NCBI GenBank assembly: GCA_963806225.1
Contig: CAWDXG010000001.1
Span: 416,001-480,000, forward strand
Direction of reading: 5' to 3'
DNA length: 64,000 nucleotides
DNA from: an uncultured delta proteobacterium
Lineage (GTDB): Bacteria > Myxococcota_A > Polyangia > Polyangiales > Polyangiaceae
Shown here: one piece after another, positions 20,207 through 30,616 of the stretch
Numbering within the stretch: position 1 is the first letter of the stretch
Layout of the letters: each line of letters starts with the position of its first letter
Made by a program: the position numbers and the translations under genes
The notes under the pieces: model-generated
What the model saw: the letters and a program-made list of their open reading frames with translations, nothing else
The model's database searches: none
What the model was told of the DNA's origin: nothing

Positions 20207-21049
20207 CTACTTCACGCCCGGCAGGTGGATGCCGAACGACTGCAAGAGCAACGTGACCGCCAGGTAGAGCAGGATCAGCACCAGAAGGCGCGTCAGGATC
20301 CGCCCGCGCAGACGGCGCCCGATGCGTGAACCTGCCTGCGAGCCGATCGCGACGCCCACCAGCGCCGGCACCGCCACGGAGGGGTCGATGAGCCCGTGGT
20401 TGTAGTAGAGGAAGGCGCTGGCCGAGACGGTGATGCCGACCATGTACATGCTCGTGCCGATGGTGGCCTTGAGCGGCACCTTCATGATCGAGTTCATGAT
20501 CGGCACCTTGATGGCCCCGCCTCCGATGCCGAGCATGCCCGAGATGACGCCGGCAAACGAAGCCGCTCCGAGCCCCGGCAGGATGCGGGTTGGGATGTAC
20601 GTCACGTCCTCGCCGCGCGCCGGATCCATATAGGTCTGCTTGAGCCTGAGCGGATCGGGGCCGTCGGTGATGGGAGGCGCTTCGCGCTTGCGCATGAAGA
20701 GTGCCGCGCTCATGCCCAGAAGCGCGAGGCCCAGCACCAGGCGCAGCGTGGTCGGCGCGATCAGGATGACGATCACGCCGCCGCCTATCGCGCCCAGGGT
20801 GGTGGTCAGTTCCATGACCAGCGCGAGTCGCACGTTGGTCATGCGATTCTTGAGATAGACCGACGTGCCCCCGGTCGAGTTGACGATCACGCTGATGGCG
20901 CTGGCAGCCACCGCCGTCTTGAGCGGCACGCCGAAGAAGACGGACAGGATCGGCACGAAGAAGACACCGGCGCCCAGCCCAAGCATGGATCCGAAGATCC
21001 CGGCGACGATCGAAGCCAGGAGGACGCCGAGCTCGACTCCGGGGCTCAC
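20207..21049 (-). CDS. TSUP (TauE/SafE) family exporter
   Basis: Duplicated G.LG.G.G motifs (GSMLGLGAG; SGMLGIGGG), 8 TM helices. Confidence 0.9.
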   Translation of the reverse strand: MSPGVELGVLLASIVAGIFGSMLGLGAGVFFVPILSVFFGVPLKTAVAASAISVIVNSTGGTSVYLKNRMTNVRLALVMELTTTLGAIGGGVIVILIAPTTLRLVLGLALLGMSAALFMRKREAPPITDGPDPLRLKQTYMDPARGEDVTYIPTRILPGLGAASFAGVISGMLGIGGGAIKVPIMNSIMKVPLKATIGTSMYMVGITVSASAFLYYNHGLIDPSVAVPALVGVAIGSQAGSRIGRRLRGRILTRLLVLILLYLAVTLLLQSFGIHLPGVK

Positions 21050-21083
21050 GCTGCGCGCCTCGTGGTTGTTCGAAGCCCGCCGC

Positions 21084-21470
21084 TCACAGACTGCCCTTGA
21101 ACAGGATGCTGGCGAGCAGGATTGCCAACACGACGGCGGCGAGCAGGGAGTGGAGCCGATCGTTCGCCTTGAACAGCGCGCCGATCAGGTAGGCGATGCC
21201 GGTGGCGGGAGCGATCAACAGCACCAAAAGCCCCAGCGTCAGCACGGCGTTGCCTTGCAGCTCTGCAAGACCGGCGGGCAGGTCCCCGAGCGGCACCGCG
21301 GCCCTGCCGATGTGCCCGCGATGGATGAATTCGAGCGCGGAGCCCAGCAGCACCAGACCAAGACCGGCCAACAGTGTGATGCGCTGGATGCGGGCAAGGC
21401 GGCCGGCGATGCGGGCCTCGCTCTCCTCGAAGGCCGTGCCGCTGGCGGGTTCCGTGGTTCCGGAGCTCAT
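21084..21470 (-). CDS. DUF1634-like membrane protein (TSUP partner)
   Basis: 3 TM helices, LGLLVLLIAP motif, adjacent to TSUP gene. Confidence 0.75.
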   Translation of the reverse strand: MSSGTTEPASGTAFEESEARIAGRLARIQRITLLAGLGLVLLGSALEFIHRGHIGRAAVPLGDLPAGLAELQGNAVLTLGLLVLLIAPATGIAYLIGALFKANDRLHSLLAAVVLAILLASILFKGSL

Positions 21471-21666
21471 TCTCTCTTCTTGTTGCCCACGCCCGGCTGG
21501 CGGCGCAAGGCGCTGCTGTCAGCGGGGCTAGGGGAGGACCACACGGCCATTGGAGCCGGTTTCGGCCGAATTGGGTTCAGTCCCCGTCGCGCTGGACACC
21601 TCCCGGCTGCCCACCCCGACGACCGACGCCCTTGTCAAGTAGCCGGTCGGGTGCTTTTCTCCCTGC

Positions 21667-22125
21667 GTGCAGCACGAGGCCCCCCGCCTCCAGCGTCCGC
21701 GCGGCCGACGTGCCCGCTCCGGCTTTGTCGCCTGGTTGAGCGGCCTCGTCAGCGTGATCCTGATCCTCGGACAGGCGTCCGCAGTTCTGCACTTCGAGCT
21801 GGTTCCGCACCGTTTCTGTCTGCTTCACGGGCTCGAGGACATCCAGGTCCTGGACGGGGCCCCGGCTCACGCGCACGCAAGCGCGGCGCGCGCTTCCAGG
21901 GACAAGCGGACGACCGCCCGCGCGCCCCGGACCATCGTCGTTTCCCACGACCGCTGCGCGCTCGCCATGCTCGTCCACGAGCGGCTCGCGTTCCTGCCAG
22001 CCGAGCGCAGCATCGACATTCCGGGGCCCGACAGCACGGGCCTCGTGCATCCCGCGCGAGATGCGGCGCTCCTGCCCGCGCGGCCGGAGCTCGACTTCGC
22101 TCCGAAGATCGGTCCGCCGGCGTGA
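21667..22125 (+). CDS. His/Cys-rich DUF2946-like leader protein
   Basis: N-terminal TM, HRFCLLHG, AHAHA, SHDRC, C-terminal APKIGPPA-stop; precedes RND operon. Confidence 0.6.
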   Translation: MQHEAPRLQRPRGRRARSGFVAWLSGLVSVILILGQASAVLHFELVPHRFCLLHGLEDIQVLDGAPAHAHASAARASRDKRTTARAPRTIVVSHDRCALAMLVHERLAFLPAERSIDIPGPDSTGLVHPARDAALLPARPELDFAPKIGPPA

Positions 22126-22266
22126 CGTAGCGGCGCTGCCACGCGCCGCTTCCACCGGTTCTGTCCTGCACGTCTTCGCGCTCGCGAAGCTGCTGGCCCG
22201 ATCGATCCCAGCTGTCCGCGCCGCAGGCACGGCACGGCCCCGGTTTTTCAAGGAGCATCTTGTACC

Positions 22267-23553
22267 ATGTGGAAGTATTCCAGCGCGCACCTATCGCGTG
22301 CGCGGTGTGCACATTCGCTGGCGTTGGGCCTGCTCGGCGCTGGTCTGCTGCTGCCTCGCCCGGCGAGAGCACAAGGCAGCGTGAAGCGGCTGACCGCGTC
22401 GCAGGCGATCCATCTCGCGCTTGCCCACAACCCAGATAGCCGTGCCGCCCAACAGGACGTTTCGGCAGCGCGAGGCGCCGTCGAACAGGCGCGGGTTCTG
22501 CCGAACCCCGATATCTTCGTGGGGGCGATGGGCACGGAGATCAGCCCAGCCCAGGCGCCCATCCCCAACCAGTTCGGTATCGCCTGGACGCTTCCGCTCG
22601 GCGGCAAGCGCGCCGCGGGTATCGCCAGCGCAAAGGCCGGCGTCAGCGCGGCCCGGGCCAGCCGCCTGGCCACGCGCCGCCAGCTGGCGTTGTCCGTGGA
22701 GACCGCGTTCGTCACCGTGCTTCTGGACCAGTCCCTGCTCGATTTCGCAAGGGAGGATCAGCAGACGTTCCGCCAGTCCGTGCAGATCAACGAGCTCCGC
22801 TACAAGGACGGCAAGATCTCCTACGGCGAGGTACTGAAGCTCCGCATCCAGGCGCGGCAGGTGGACGACGCCGTGCGCGAAGCCAAGCAGAACCTGGTCA
22901 ACGACCGACAGGAGCTCGCGCGGTTGGTGGGTGACGGTGTTCTCGCGCCTGGCTACCGTGTTTTCGGCAGCCTCCAGCCGCCGAAAATGCCGCGCGATCT
23001 AGCGGTGAGCAGCATCGTCCGGCGCGCGCTCGTCAATCGCGCGGACTACCAGGCGCTACGTGCCGAGCAGGACGCCTCGCGATCCTCGCTCTCCCAGGCC
23101 CGGCGACAGCCGATCCCCGACGTCGGTGTGCTGGCGGACTACAACTACGTTCCGGGCAGCGCGGGCAACTACGACCTGCAGCTGACGGCGACCGTCCCGC
23201 TCTTCGATCGCAACCAGGGCAACATCCGGCAGGCCCGAGCCGACTACGCGAAGAGCGGCCTCGCCCTCGAAGCAATGCGCGCGCAGATCCGCGCGGATGC
23301 CGCGCGTGCCGTGCAGGCATGGCGGACCGTCGCGGCGCGCCTCCGCGCCTACAACGACGACTTCGTGAAGTCCGCCAAGGAGTCGCTCGACATCAGCCGG
23401 CACTCCTACGAGGAGGGCCGGGGCACGCTACTCGACTTCCTGGACGCCGAATCCAGCTACCGCGACGTGCAGCGCGCCTATCGCACCGCCGAGGCGAACG
23501 CCGTGCTGGCCGCCGCCAACATCAAGTTCGTTTCTGGAGAGGACCTGCCATGA
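22267..23553 (+). CDS. TolC/CzcC-like outer membrane efflux protein
   Basis: Signal peptide, ALAHNPD, LPNPD, PLFDRNQGNI, YEEGRGTLLDFLDAE. Confidence 0.9.
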   Translation: MWKYSSAHLSRARCAHSLALGLLGAGLLLPRPARAQGSVKRLTASQAIHLALAHNPDSRAAQQDVSAARGAVEQARVLPNPDIFVGAMGTEISPAQAPIPNQFGIAWTLPLGGKRAAGIASAKAGVSAARASRLATRRQLALSVETAFVTVLLDQSLLDFAREDQQTFRQSVQINELRYKDGKISYGEVLKLRIQARQVDDAVREAKQNLVNDRQELARLVGDGVLAPGYRVFGSLQPPKMPRDLAVSSIVRRALVNRADYQALRAEQDASRSSLSQARRQPIPDVGVLADYNYVPGSAGNYDLQLTATVPLFDRNQGNIRQARADYAKSGLALEAMRAQIRADAARAVQAWRTVAARLRAYNDDFVKSAKESLDISRHSYEEGRGTLLDFLDAESSYRDVQRAYRTAEANAVLAAANIKFVSGEDLP

Positions 23554-24692
23554 CCCGGTATCCTGCTGTCGCCGCCCGCGCTGCACGTCGCCAGCCCGGT
23601 TTCTTCCTCGGGCTCGGCGTGATTGTCGCCCTGGCGCTCCCGGCCTGCTCGCAGTCGAAAGACGACGCCGCAGCGGCCTCGTCCTCGCAGGCCTTGCTGT
23701 TCACCGTGCCTGCGAACCAGCGCGGCCACCTGAAGGTCGTCGCCGTGAAGAAGAAGCCCGTCACGTTGCCCGTGACGGTGCCCGCGCTGGTCAACTTCAA
23801 CGAGCTCAAGACGAGCCGCGTGGTTCCCCTGGTCAGCGGCAAGGTCGCGAAGATCAAGGTGCACGAGGGCGACCATGTGAAATCGGGCCAGGTGCTGCTC
23901 ACGATTGCCAGCCCCGACTCCTCCGACATGGCCGCCAACATCGCGCGCGACCGCTCGGCGCTCGCGACGAAGAAGGTGATCCTCGCGCGCGACAAGGATC
24001 TGTACGAGCACAAGGCCATCTCGCTGGAGGAGCTGCAGCAGGCCGAGCTCGACGTGAAGGCCGCCGAGGCGACGGTCGCGAACGACAACTCCCAGGCCGC
24101 GATTACCGGCGGCGCCGGCAGCCAGGCCGTGCTGCGCTCGCCGATCTCCGGCACGGTAGTGGCGCGCAATATCGCGGTCGGCGAGGCGGTCTCGGCGGGA
24201 AGCACGGCGTGCTTCACCATTACCGACCCGACCGCCGCCTGGGTCATCGCGCAGCTCTACCAGCAGGATCTCCGCGACGTGCAGCTCGGTGACAGCGCGG
24301 TCATCCGCTCGCCGGTGCTGAAGAAGCCCATCGACGGCAAGGTCACCTACATCGGGGCATCGATCGATGCGAACACGCTGACGGTTCCGGTGCGCATCGC
24401 AGCGGACAACGAGGACGGCCTGCTCAAGCAGGGCATGTACGTCGATGCCGAGATCATTCCGGCCAGGTCGATCATCGCCATGGTCGTGCCCGACGCTGCC
24501 GTCCTGCGTGACGAGGACAACCTGCCGTTCGTGTACGTCGAGGTCTCCGCCGGGAAGTTCGCGCGGCGGCACGTGAAGCTCGGGGCGGAAATCGACGACG
24601 AGACCATCGTCGAAAGCGGCCTGAAGGACGGCGACAAGGTACTCGCCGACGGCGCCCTGTTCGTGCAGTTCGCCGACAGCCTGGAGCGGTAG
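23550..24692 (+). CDS. RND periplasmic adaptor (CzcB/CusB-like)
   Basis: ATGA overlap with upstream stop; GKVAKIKVHEGDHVKSGQVL, LRSPISGTV, LKQGMYV, SGLKDGDKV. Confidence 0.9.
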   Translation: MTRYPAVAARAARRQPGFFLGLGVIVALALPACSQSKDDAAAASSSQALLFTVPANQRGHLKVVAVKKKPVTLPVTVPALVNFNELKTSRVVPLVSGKVAKIKVHEGDHVKSGQVLLTIASPDSSDMAANIARDRSALATKKVILARDKDLYEHKAISLEELQQAELDVKAAEATVANDNSQAAITGGAGSQAVLRSPISGTVVARNIAVGEAVSAGSTACFTITDPTAAWVIAQLYQQDLRDVQLGDSAVIRSPVLKKPIDGKVTYIGASIDANTLTVPVRIAADNEDGLLKQGMYVDAEIIPARSIIAMVVPDAAVLRDEDNLPFVYVEVSAGKFARRHVKLGAEIDDETIVESGLKDGDKVLADGALFVQFADSLER

Positions 24693-24698
24693 CGCGTC

Positions 24699-27600
24699 AT
24701 GATCCACAAGCTCATCGCGACTGCCCTCCGCCAGAGGTTCGTGGTGATCGCCGCTGCACTCGCCACGCTCGTGGCGGGGGCCTGGGCGTTCCGCCAGGCG
24801 CCGGTCGACGCCTACCCCGACCTTTCCCCGCCCAAGGTGGAGCTGGTCACGCAGTGGCCGGGCCACGCCTCGGAGGAGGTGGAGCGGCTGATCACCATTC
24901 CTCTCGAGATCGCCTGCAATGGAGCGCCGGGCCTGCACATCCAGCGATCCGTGTCGCTCTACGGCCTTTCCGACATCAACCTGATCTTCGACTACAAGAC
25001 GGACCCCTACTTCAACCGCGAGCAGATCTTCCAGCGCATGGCCGACGCGGAGCTGCCGGACGGCACTGCGCCGTCGATGACGCCGCTCTTCTCGCCCTCC
25101 GGTCTCATCTACCGCTACGTGCTCGACAGCCCGGACCGCTCGCCGCAGGAGCTGAAGGTTCTGCAGGACTGGACGATCTACCGGCGCTACAAGGCCATTC
25201 CGGGCGTTGCCGACGACTCCGCGCTCGGCGGGACCACGCGCCAATACCAGGTCGTCCTCGACCCGAACACGCTCAGCACCTATCACGTGAGCGTCGGCGA
25301 CGTGCTCGGCACGCTCGGCAACAACAACCAGAACGCCGGCGGCGGCTTCTACCAGCAGGGCGGCCAGTTCTTCTATGTGCGCGGTCTCGGGCGGCTGACG
25401 AATCTCGAGGACATCCGCAACGTGGTCGTTGCCACGCACAACGGCGTGCCCATTCACGTGGGTGACGTTGGCCAGGTGCGTATCGGCCACGCGCCTCGCC
25501 TCGGGCCAGTTCGGCTACATGAATCGCGACGACGCGGTCGAGGGCGTGATCTTCCTGCGCACCGGTGACCCGGCGCAGACCGTGCTGAAGCGCGTGCAGA
25601 AGGAGACGAAGTACCTCAACGAGCACGTCCTGCCGCGCGATGTGAAGATCCACCCCTTCTACGACCGCACTGATCTGATCAAGCTGACGACCCGCACCGT
25701 CGAGCACAACCTGCTCCTGGGTGTCCTCCTGGTGACGCTGATCCTGGTGCTGTTCCTGCACAGCTTCCGCACCGGCCTGATTGTCGCGTCGACGATACCG
25801 CTCGCCCTGGCAACGGCATTCCTGCTGCTCCGGTTCAGACACGTCCCGGTCAACCTGCTCTCGCTCGGCGCAGTCGACTTCGGGATCCTGGTGGATGCCG
25901 GGGTGATCATGGTCGAGAACATCTTCCGCGAGCTTGGCGAGCGGAAGGCTGGCGACCTGCGCGTGCCGATCCACGACGCAGTGCTCGGCGCGGCCAAGGA
26001 CGTCGGCCGGCCGATCTTCTACTCGACTGCCGTCATCATCGCCGCCTATCTGCCCATCTACGCGCTCACCGGGCCGGAGGGGCGGCTGTTCTCGCCAATG
26101 GCAGACACGGTGGTATTTGCGCTGCTCGGAACGTTGCTCTTCACGCTGACGCTGCTGCCGGTGCTGTGCAGCCTGTTCATGAAGAAAGGCGTTACGCGAC
26201 CGCGAAGGCCGCATCTATGGCGCCTTCAAGGCCTGGTATGTGAAAACGCTCGACCGCTCGCTGGCCCGCCCCAGGCTGACGGTCCTGGCGTGTGTGATCG
26301 CGTTCGCCGCTTCCTCGCTCACCTTGTTCGGGATCGGCTCGGAGTTCATGCCGAAGCTCGACGAAGGGGCGCTGTGGGTACGGGCCACGATGCCGTACAC
26401 CATCAGCTTCAACGAAGCGAAGAAGATCGCCCCCAAGGTGCGGAAGATCCTCATGAGCTTCCCCGAGGTCTCGACCGTGGCGGACGAGCACGGGCGCCCC
26501 GACGACGGGACGGACCCTACGGGCTTCTTCAACTGCGAGTTCTACGTCGGGCTCAAGCCGTACGACTCGTGGAAGGGGAGCATCCACAACAAGAAACAGC
26601 TGATCGCGGCTATCAACGACAAGTTGAAATCGTTCCCCGGGATCATCTTCAACTACACGCAGCCCGCCGAGGACGCCGTCGACGAGGCGTCCACCGGTTT
26701 GAAGAGCGCACTGGCGGTCAAGGTGTACGGCTCCGACCTGCACAAGCTGGAGAAGATGGCCGTACAGATCAAGCGCACCATCACCAAGGTCCCGGGCATC
26801 AAGCACGTGACCGTGGTGCGCGAGCTGGGCCAGCCCAGCCTGGACGTGAAGGTCGATCGGAAGAAGGTGGCGCGCTACGGCATCGACGTTGCCACCATCA
26901 ACAACCTGATCGAATCCGCCGTGGGCGGCGTGCCGGCAACGCAGGTGATCCAGGGCGAGCGGGAGTTCGACCTGGTCGTCCGCATGAACAAGCGTTACCG
27001 TGACAACCCCGAGGCCATCGGACGGTTGCTCGTCACGACGCCGAGCGGGCAGCGACTGCCGCTGTCGACGTTTGCCAGCTTGAAGGTTGGCCAGGGGGCG
27101 TCGTTCATCTACCGCGAGAAGGGCTCACGCTACATCGGCGTGCAGTACTCGGTGGAGGGGCGCGACCTCGGCTCGGCCGTCGCGGCGGCACGCCGGGCCG
27201 TCAAGGCAAGCGTCCACGTGCCGATCGGCTACGAGGTGAGGTGGGGCGGCGAATACACGGAGCTGCTCCACGCGAAGAAGGAGATGATGGTCATCGTCCC
27301 CCTGACGGTGCTGCTCATCTTCTTCATCATCTTCGGGCTGTACGGGAACCTGAAGTACCCGCTGATGCTAGCGCTCAGCGTCGTCTTGACGATGCCGGAG
27401 GGCGGGCTACTTGCGCTGTGGATGCTGCGCACGAATCTCAGCGTCAGCTCGGCTCTGGGCTTTCTCGCGCTGTTCGGTATCTCGGTGCAGACCGGCGTCA
27501 TCTTCATCAGTCACGCCAACAAGCTCCGGCGCGAGGGCCTGTCCATCGATCAAGCCACGCGCGAGAGCGCGATCGTGCGCCTACGGCCCATCCTGATGAC

Positions 27601-27784
27601 GGCTCTGGTGGCGTGCGTCGGCCTGATGCCGGCGGCATTTTCCCACGCTATTGGCAGCGACAGCCAGCGGCCGTTCGCGCAGGTCGTCGTGGGCGGGTTG
27701 CTTTCGCGCATCGCGCTCTCGATCTTCCTCCTGCCGGTGCTCTACCGCTGGGTGTCGAAGGCCGGAGATCGACTCGAAGTGTAG
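24699..27784 (+). CDS. CusA/CzcA-family heavy-metal RND pump with two +1 frameshifts (error or pseudogene)
   Basis: DAYPDLS, EEVERLIT, DFGILVDAGVIMVEN, FMPKLDEG, RLRPILMTA spread over three consecutive frames; shifts at 25503-25505 and 26192-26193. Confidence 0.9.
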
Positions 27785-27963
27785 CGGACTGGAAACACGG
27801 AATCTTCCGGGAACCGACTGCGCAGATATTGCGGGAAAGCCCGGGGTGGTTACTTTCGAAGTCAAGGCCAGAAGGACAATTCTTGTGGCCGGGGGAGGAA
27901 CCGCCCCATCCCGGTAGACTTTGCGGATGGGCTCGATTTCTGGCTCGGCCAGAGGAGCTTGTC

Positions 27964-29242
27964 ATGGATACGTCCGTCTACATTGCGGCGGCCACGGTGT
28001 TCGCTGTGGTCGTCCTGACCCCGCTCGTGGTCAGTTCTTTCCTGCGTGATGTTGCTGCTGGAGAAATCCGCCTGGTCAGTTGGCTGAACGGAAAGCTCCG
28101 GATCTACAGGGGGCCGTGCAAGGCCATGGTGGTCCCCATCCTCACGGTCAGCCGGGTGATTCCCGCGCAGGCCATCAACGTCGACATCGAGATCACCGAC
28201 CAGACCGCGGATGTCGACCAGGGCGGCGCGCCGGCGCCTGTGAAGGTCACCGTCAAGGCTTCGGCGATCGTCAGCGTCGGTGAAGACGACGCCATGGTGA
28301 ACACGGCGGCTAACAAGTTCTTCTCCAAGATGCCCGCCGAACAGCTCAACACGCTCACGGACGTGCTGTCGTCCGCGGGCCGTCGCGCGATCAACCTGCT
28401 GCGCCACGACCAGTTGTTCAATGCCCGGCCCGTCGCACCCGTGGCGACCGAGGATCTGGTGGACCGCGGCGAGGACGACGAGCTGGCCGTCATCATCAAG
28501 GAGGCGTGCTCGCGCGAGCTGCTCGACCTCGGGCTGTCGTTCAACAGCCTCAACATCAAGGCTGTCCTCAGCGAGGTGGCTGACGCGCGACGCCGCGAGG
28601 CCGCTGCACGCGCCAAGGCCAGCGCCGACGTGGTGCAGGCCCAGGAGGAGCGACGCGCGCGCATCGCGCAGCTCGAGGCCGCGCAGGCGGTCAACGATCA
28701 GGAGCGCGCGCTGCACACCCAGGTGGCTTCGAACGGTGCCCACGTTGCGCGGGCCGAAGCCGAGCGGCAGGCTGCCGTGCGCGCCCAACGCGCGGCGGAG
28801 CTCGGTGCATCGCAGATCACGCAGGCCAACGCCGACGCCGAGCAGAACGTGATCGCCCTCGAGGCGGACGGCCGTGCCGAGGCCGCGCGCATCCGGGCCA
28901 TCGCCGAGGCCGAAGCCGACGCCATCCGCATGAAGGCTGAAGCGCTGCGTCAGGCGGGCGACCTGTACCTGGACCTCAAGCGGCTGGAGCTGGCTCCCCG
29001 AGCTGACCCGTCAGGTTGCGGACGCGCTCTCCGGTGGCCAGTTCATCAACTTCGGTACCAGTGGCGACGGTGGTCACTCCGCCGTGTCGTCCGGCTCGGA
29101 CGACGTGATGCGCGTCGTGCAGACGCTGATGGCGGCGCAGGTGGTCGGCTCGAACGGAGCGACCGCTCCGGCCGTGCGACCCCATAAAGCGCCGTCGACC
29201 CCGTCGAGGAAATCGACGGACGGCGCGTCGCACCATCAGTAG
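27964..29242 (+). CDS. SPFH/flotillin-like protein with one +1 frameshift
   Basis: N-terminal TM, band-7-like domain, Ala/Glu coiled coil (AEAEADAIR..AEA); reading continues in +1 frame after CCCC 28996-28999 (ELTRQVADALSGGQFINFG) to TAG 29242. Confidence 0.8.
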
Positions 29243-29254
29243 CGCGAGCGGGCG

Positions 29255-29911
29255 ATGTCCATCTTCGTTGTCAGCCTCTGCGTTGGTCTGGGCGGACTCT
29301 TGCTGATGGCTCTGCCTGGCATGCGGCGCCACGGGCGTGCTGGTCACGCCCGTGCGGGCCGGGCAGTGCACACCGGCCATGCTGCGCGGTCGGCCGGTAG
29401 AGGCGTGCGGCACGCGCCGGCCCAGGCGGGCCGCGCACATGGCCATCACATTCCGCGCCCACAGCGGAGCGAGCCGGTATCCGCCGTCGACGGCGTCCTG
29501 CACTACGTGCCCGAGCCGCGCGTCGTGCTCACCGTGATCGCCCTGTTCGGCGCGTTCGGCAACGTGCTCGCGCACGTCGGCCATGCTTCGTTCCTCGTGC
29601 AGCTCGCGGGCGCTGCGCTCTCGGCGGCTCTGGTGGAATGGCTGATCGTCGGTCGCATCTGGCGGCTGGCCCTGCAGTTCACCGGCGAGCCGAACTCGCC
29701 GCTGGAGACGCTGATCATGCAGCGCGTCCAGGCCGTGACGGCGTTCCGCAACGGCAAGGGGATTGTCCTGGCGGAGCGCGACGGCCGCGCGCTGCAACTC
29801 TCCGCGGAATTGATGGAAGAGGAGCGCCACGAGCGGGTCCGGGTCGGCGACCCGCTGACCGTCGAGGAGGTCGATCCCGAGCACGAACGGGTCGTCGTCT
29901 CGACGCGCTGA
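29255..29911 (+). CDS. NfeD-like membrane protein with His-rich loop
   Basis: 3 TM helices plus C-terminal OB-fold-like GKGIVLAERDGR..RVRVGDPLTVEEVD; follows the SPFH gene. Confidence 0.7.
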   Translation: MSIFVVSLCVGLGGLLLMALPGMRRHGRAGHARAGRAVHTGHAARSAGRGVRHAPAQAGRAHGHHIPRPQRSEPVSAVDGVLHYVPEPRVVLTVIALFGAFGNVLAHVGHASFLVQLAGAALSAALVEWLIVGRIWRLALQFTGEPNSPLETLIMQRVQAVTAFRNGKGIVLAERDGRALQLSAELMEEERHERVRVGDPLTVEEVDPEHERVVVSTR

Positions 29912-29970
29912 TGAGCGCCGGCTTCCGGCGCCGGAGCCACGGGACCAAAGGTCGAGGCCCGCAAGCCGGC

Positions 29971-30471
29971 TCAGAAGTAGTCGGCCGGATCGAGCCCCTT
30001 GTAACGGGCGTAGGCGGAAAGGTCGGCTTTGAGCAGGCGCAGGGCGATCGCCATGATCAGAAGGTCGTCCAGCTGTCCGATGCCAGGCAGGGCGTCGGGG
30101 ATCAGATCCGAAGGGCTGATGAAGTACAGCGCTGCGGCAACCGCGACCGCCAGCGAGTACCAGCGCACTTTGCGGTAACGCCCCGACGAGTAGTCGTCGA
30201 CCAGATCGAGCATGAGCCGCACCTGGTTGGTGAGCTGCTGCATGCGGTCCGGGATCTCGCGGGCCTTCCTGAAGACGGCTTCCCGCGACTTGTGGAGTCG
30301 GGCCAGCTGGCTTTTCCTGATGTTGGCTGTCAGCCGCGCCAGAAGGCGCAGGATGCGGCGCTGCTCCGCCAGCGGAACGACCTCCGCCCCAGCAGTCGCC
30401 GCTGCCGCCTCTGCGCGATGGTCCTGCACCGTTCCGGCGCCGTTGCCCCCGAGCCCGTTGCCTTGTGTCAT
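29971..30471 (-). CDS. DUF1232/YkvA family protein
   Basis: ALYFISPSDLIPDALPGIGQLDD. Confidence 0.9.
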   Translation of the reverse strand: MTQGNGLGGNGAGTVQDHRAEAAAATAGAEVVPLAEQRRILRLLARLTANIRKSQLARLHKSREAVFRKAREIPDRMQQLTNQVRLMLDLVDDYSSGRYRKVRWYSLAVAVAAALYFISPSDLIPDALPGIGQLDDLLIMAIALRLLKADLSAYARYKGLDPADYF

Positions 30472-30600
30472 GCGCTTCCAGCCTAGTCACCGTGGGCGGT
30501 CGGCACAATGCCGGCGCAAATCGCTAGCCTGCTCGTGGCTTGGCACGTTTCCCGTCGCCAGCGGTCAAGCTGTGCGTTCGCGCAGCGGTCGCGACGCGGG

Positions 30601-30606
30601 TATCCT
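30601..30606 (+). promoter_or_regulatory. Putative -10 box for a leaderless transcript (intron host gene)
   Basis: TATCCT 7 nt before ATG 30614; same geometry as many other genes in the window. Confidence 0.55.
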
Positions 30607-30616
30607 GCGCGCCATG

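Noticed and set aside
24699..27784. Naturally split three-gene RND pump or programmed frameshifting
   Set aside because: No slippery heptamers or internal RBS/starts at the breaks; single-base removals restore a normal ~1027-aa protein
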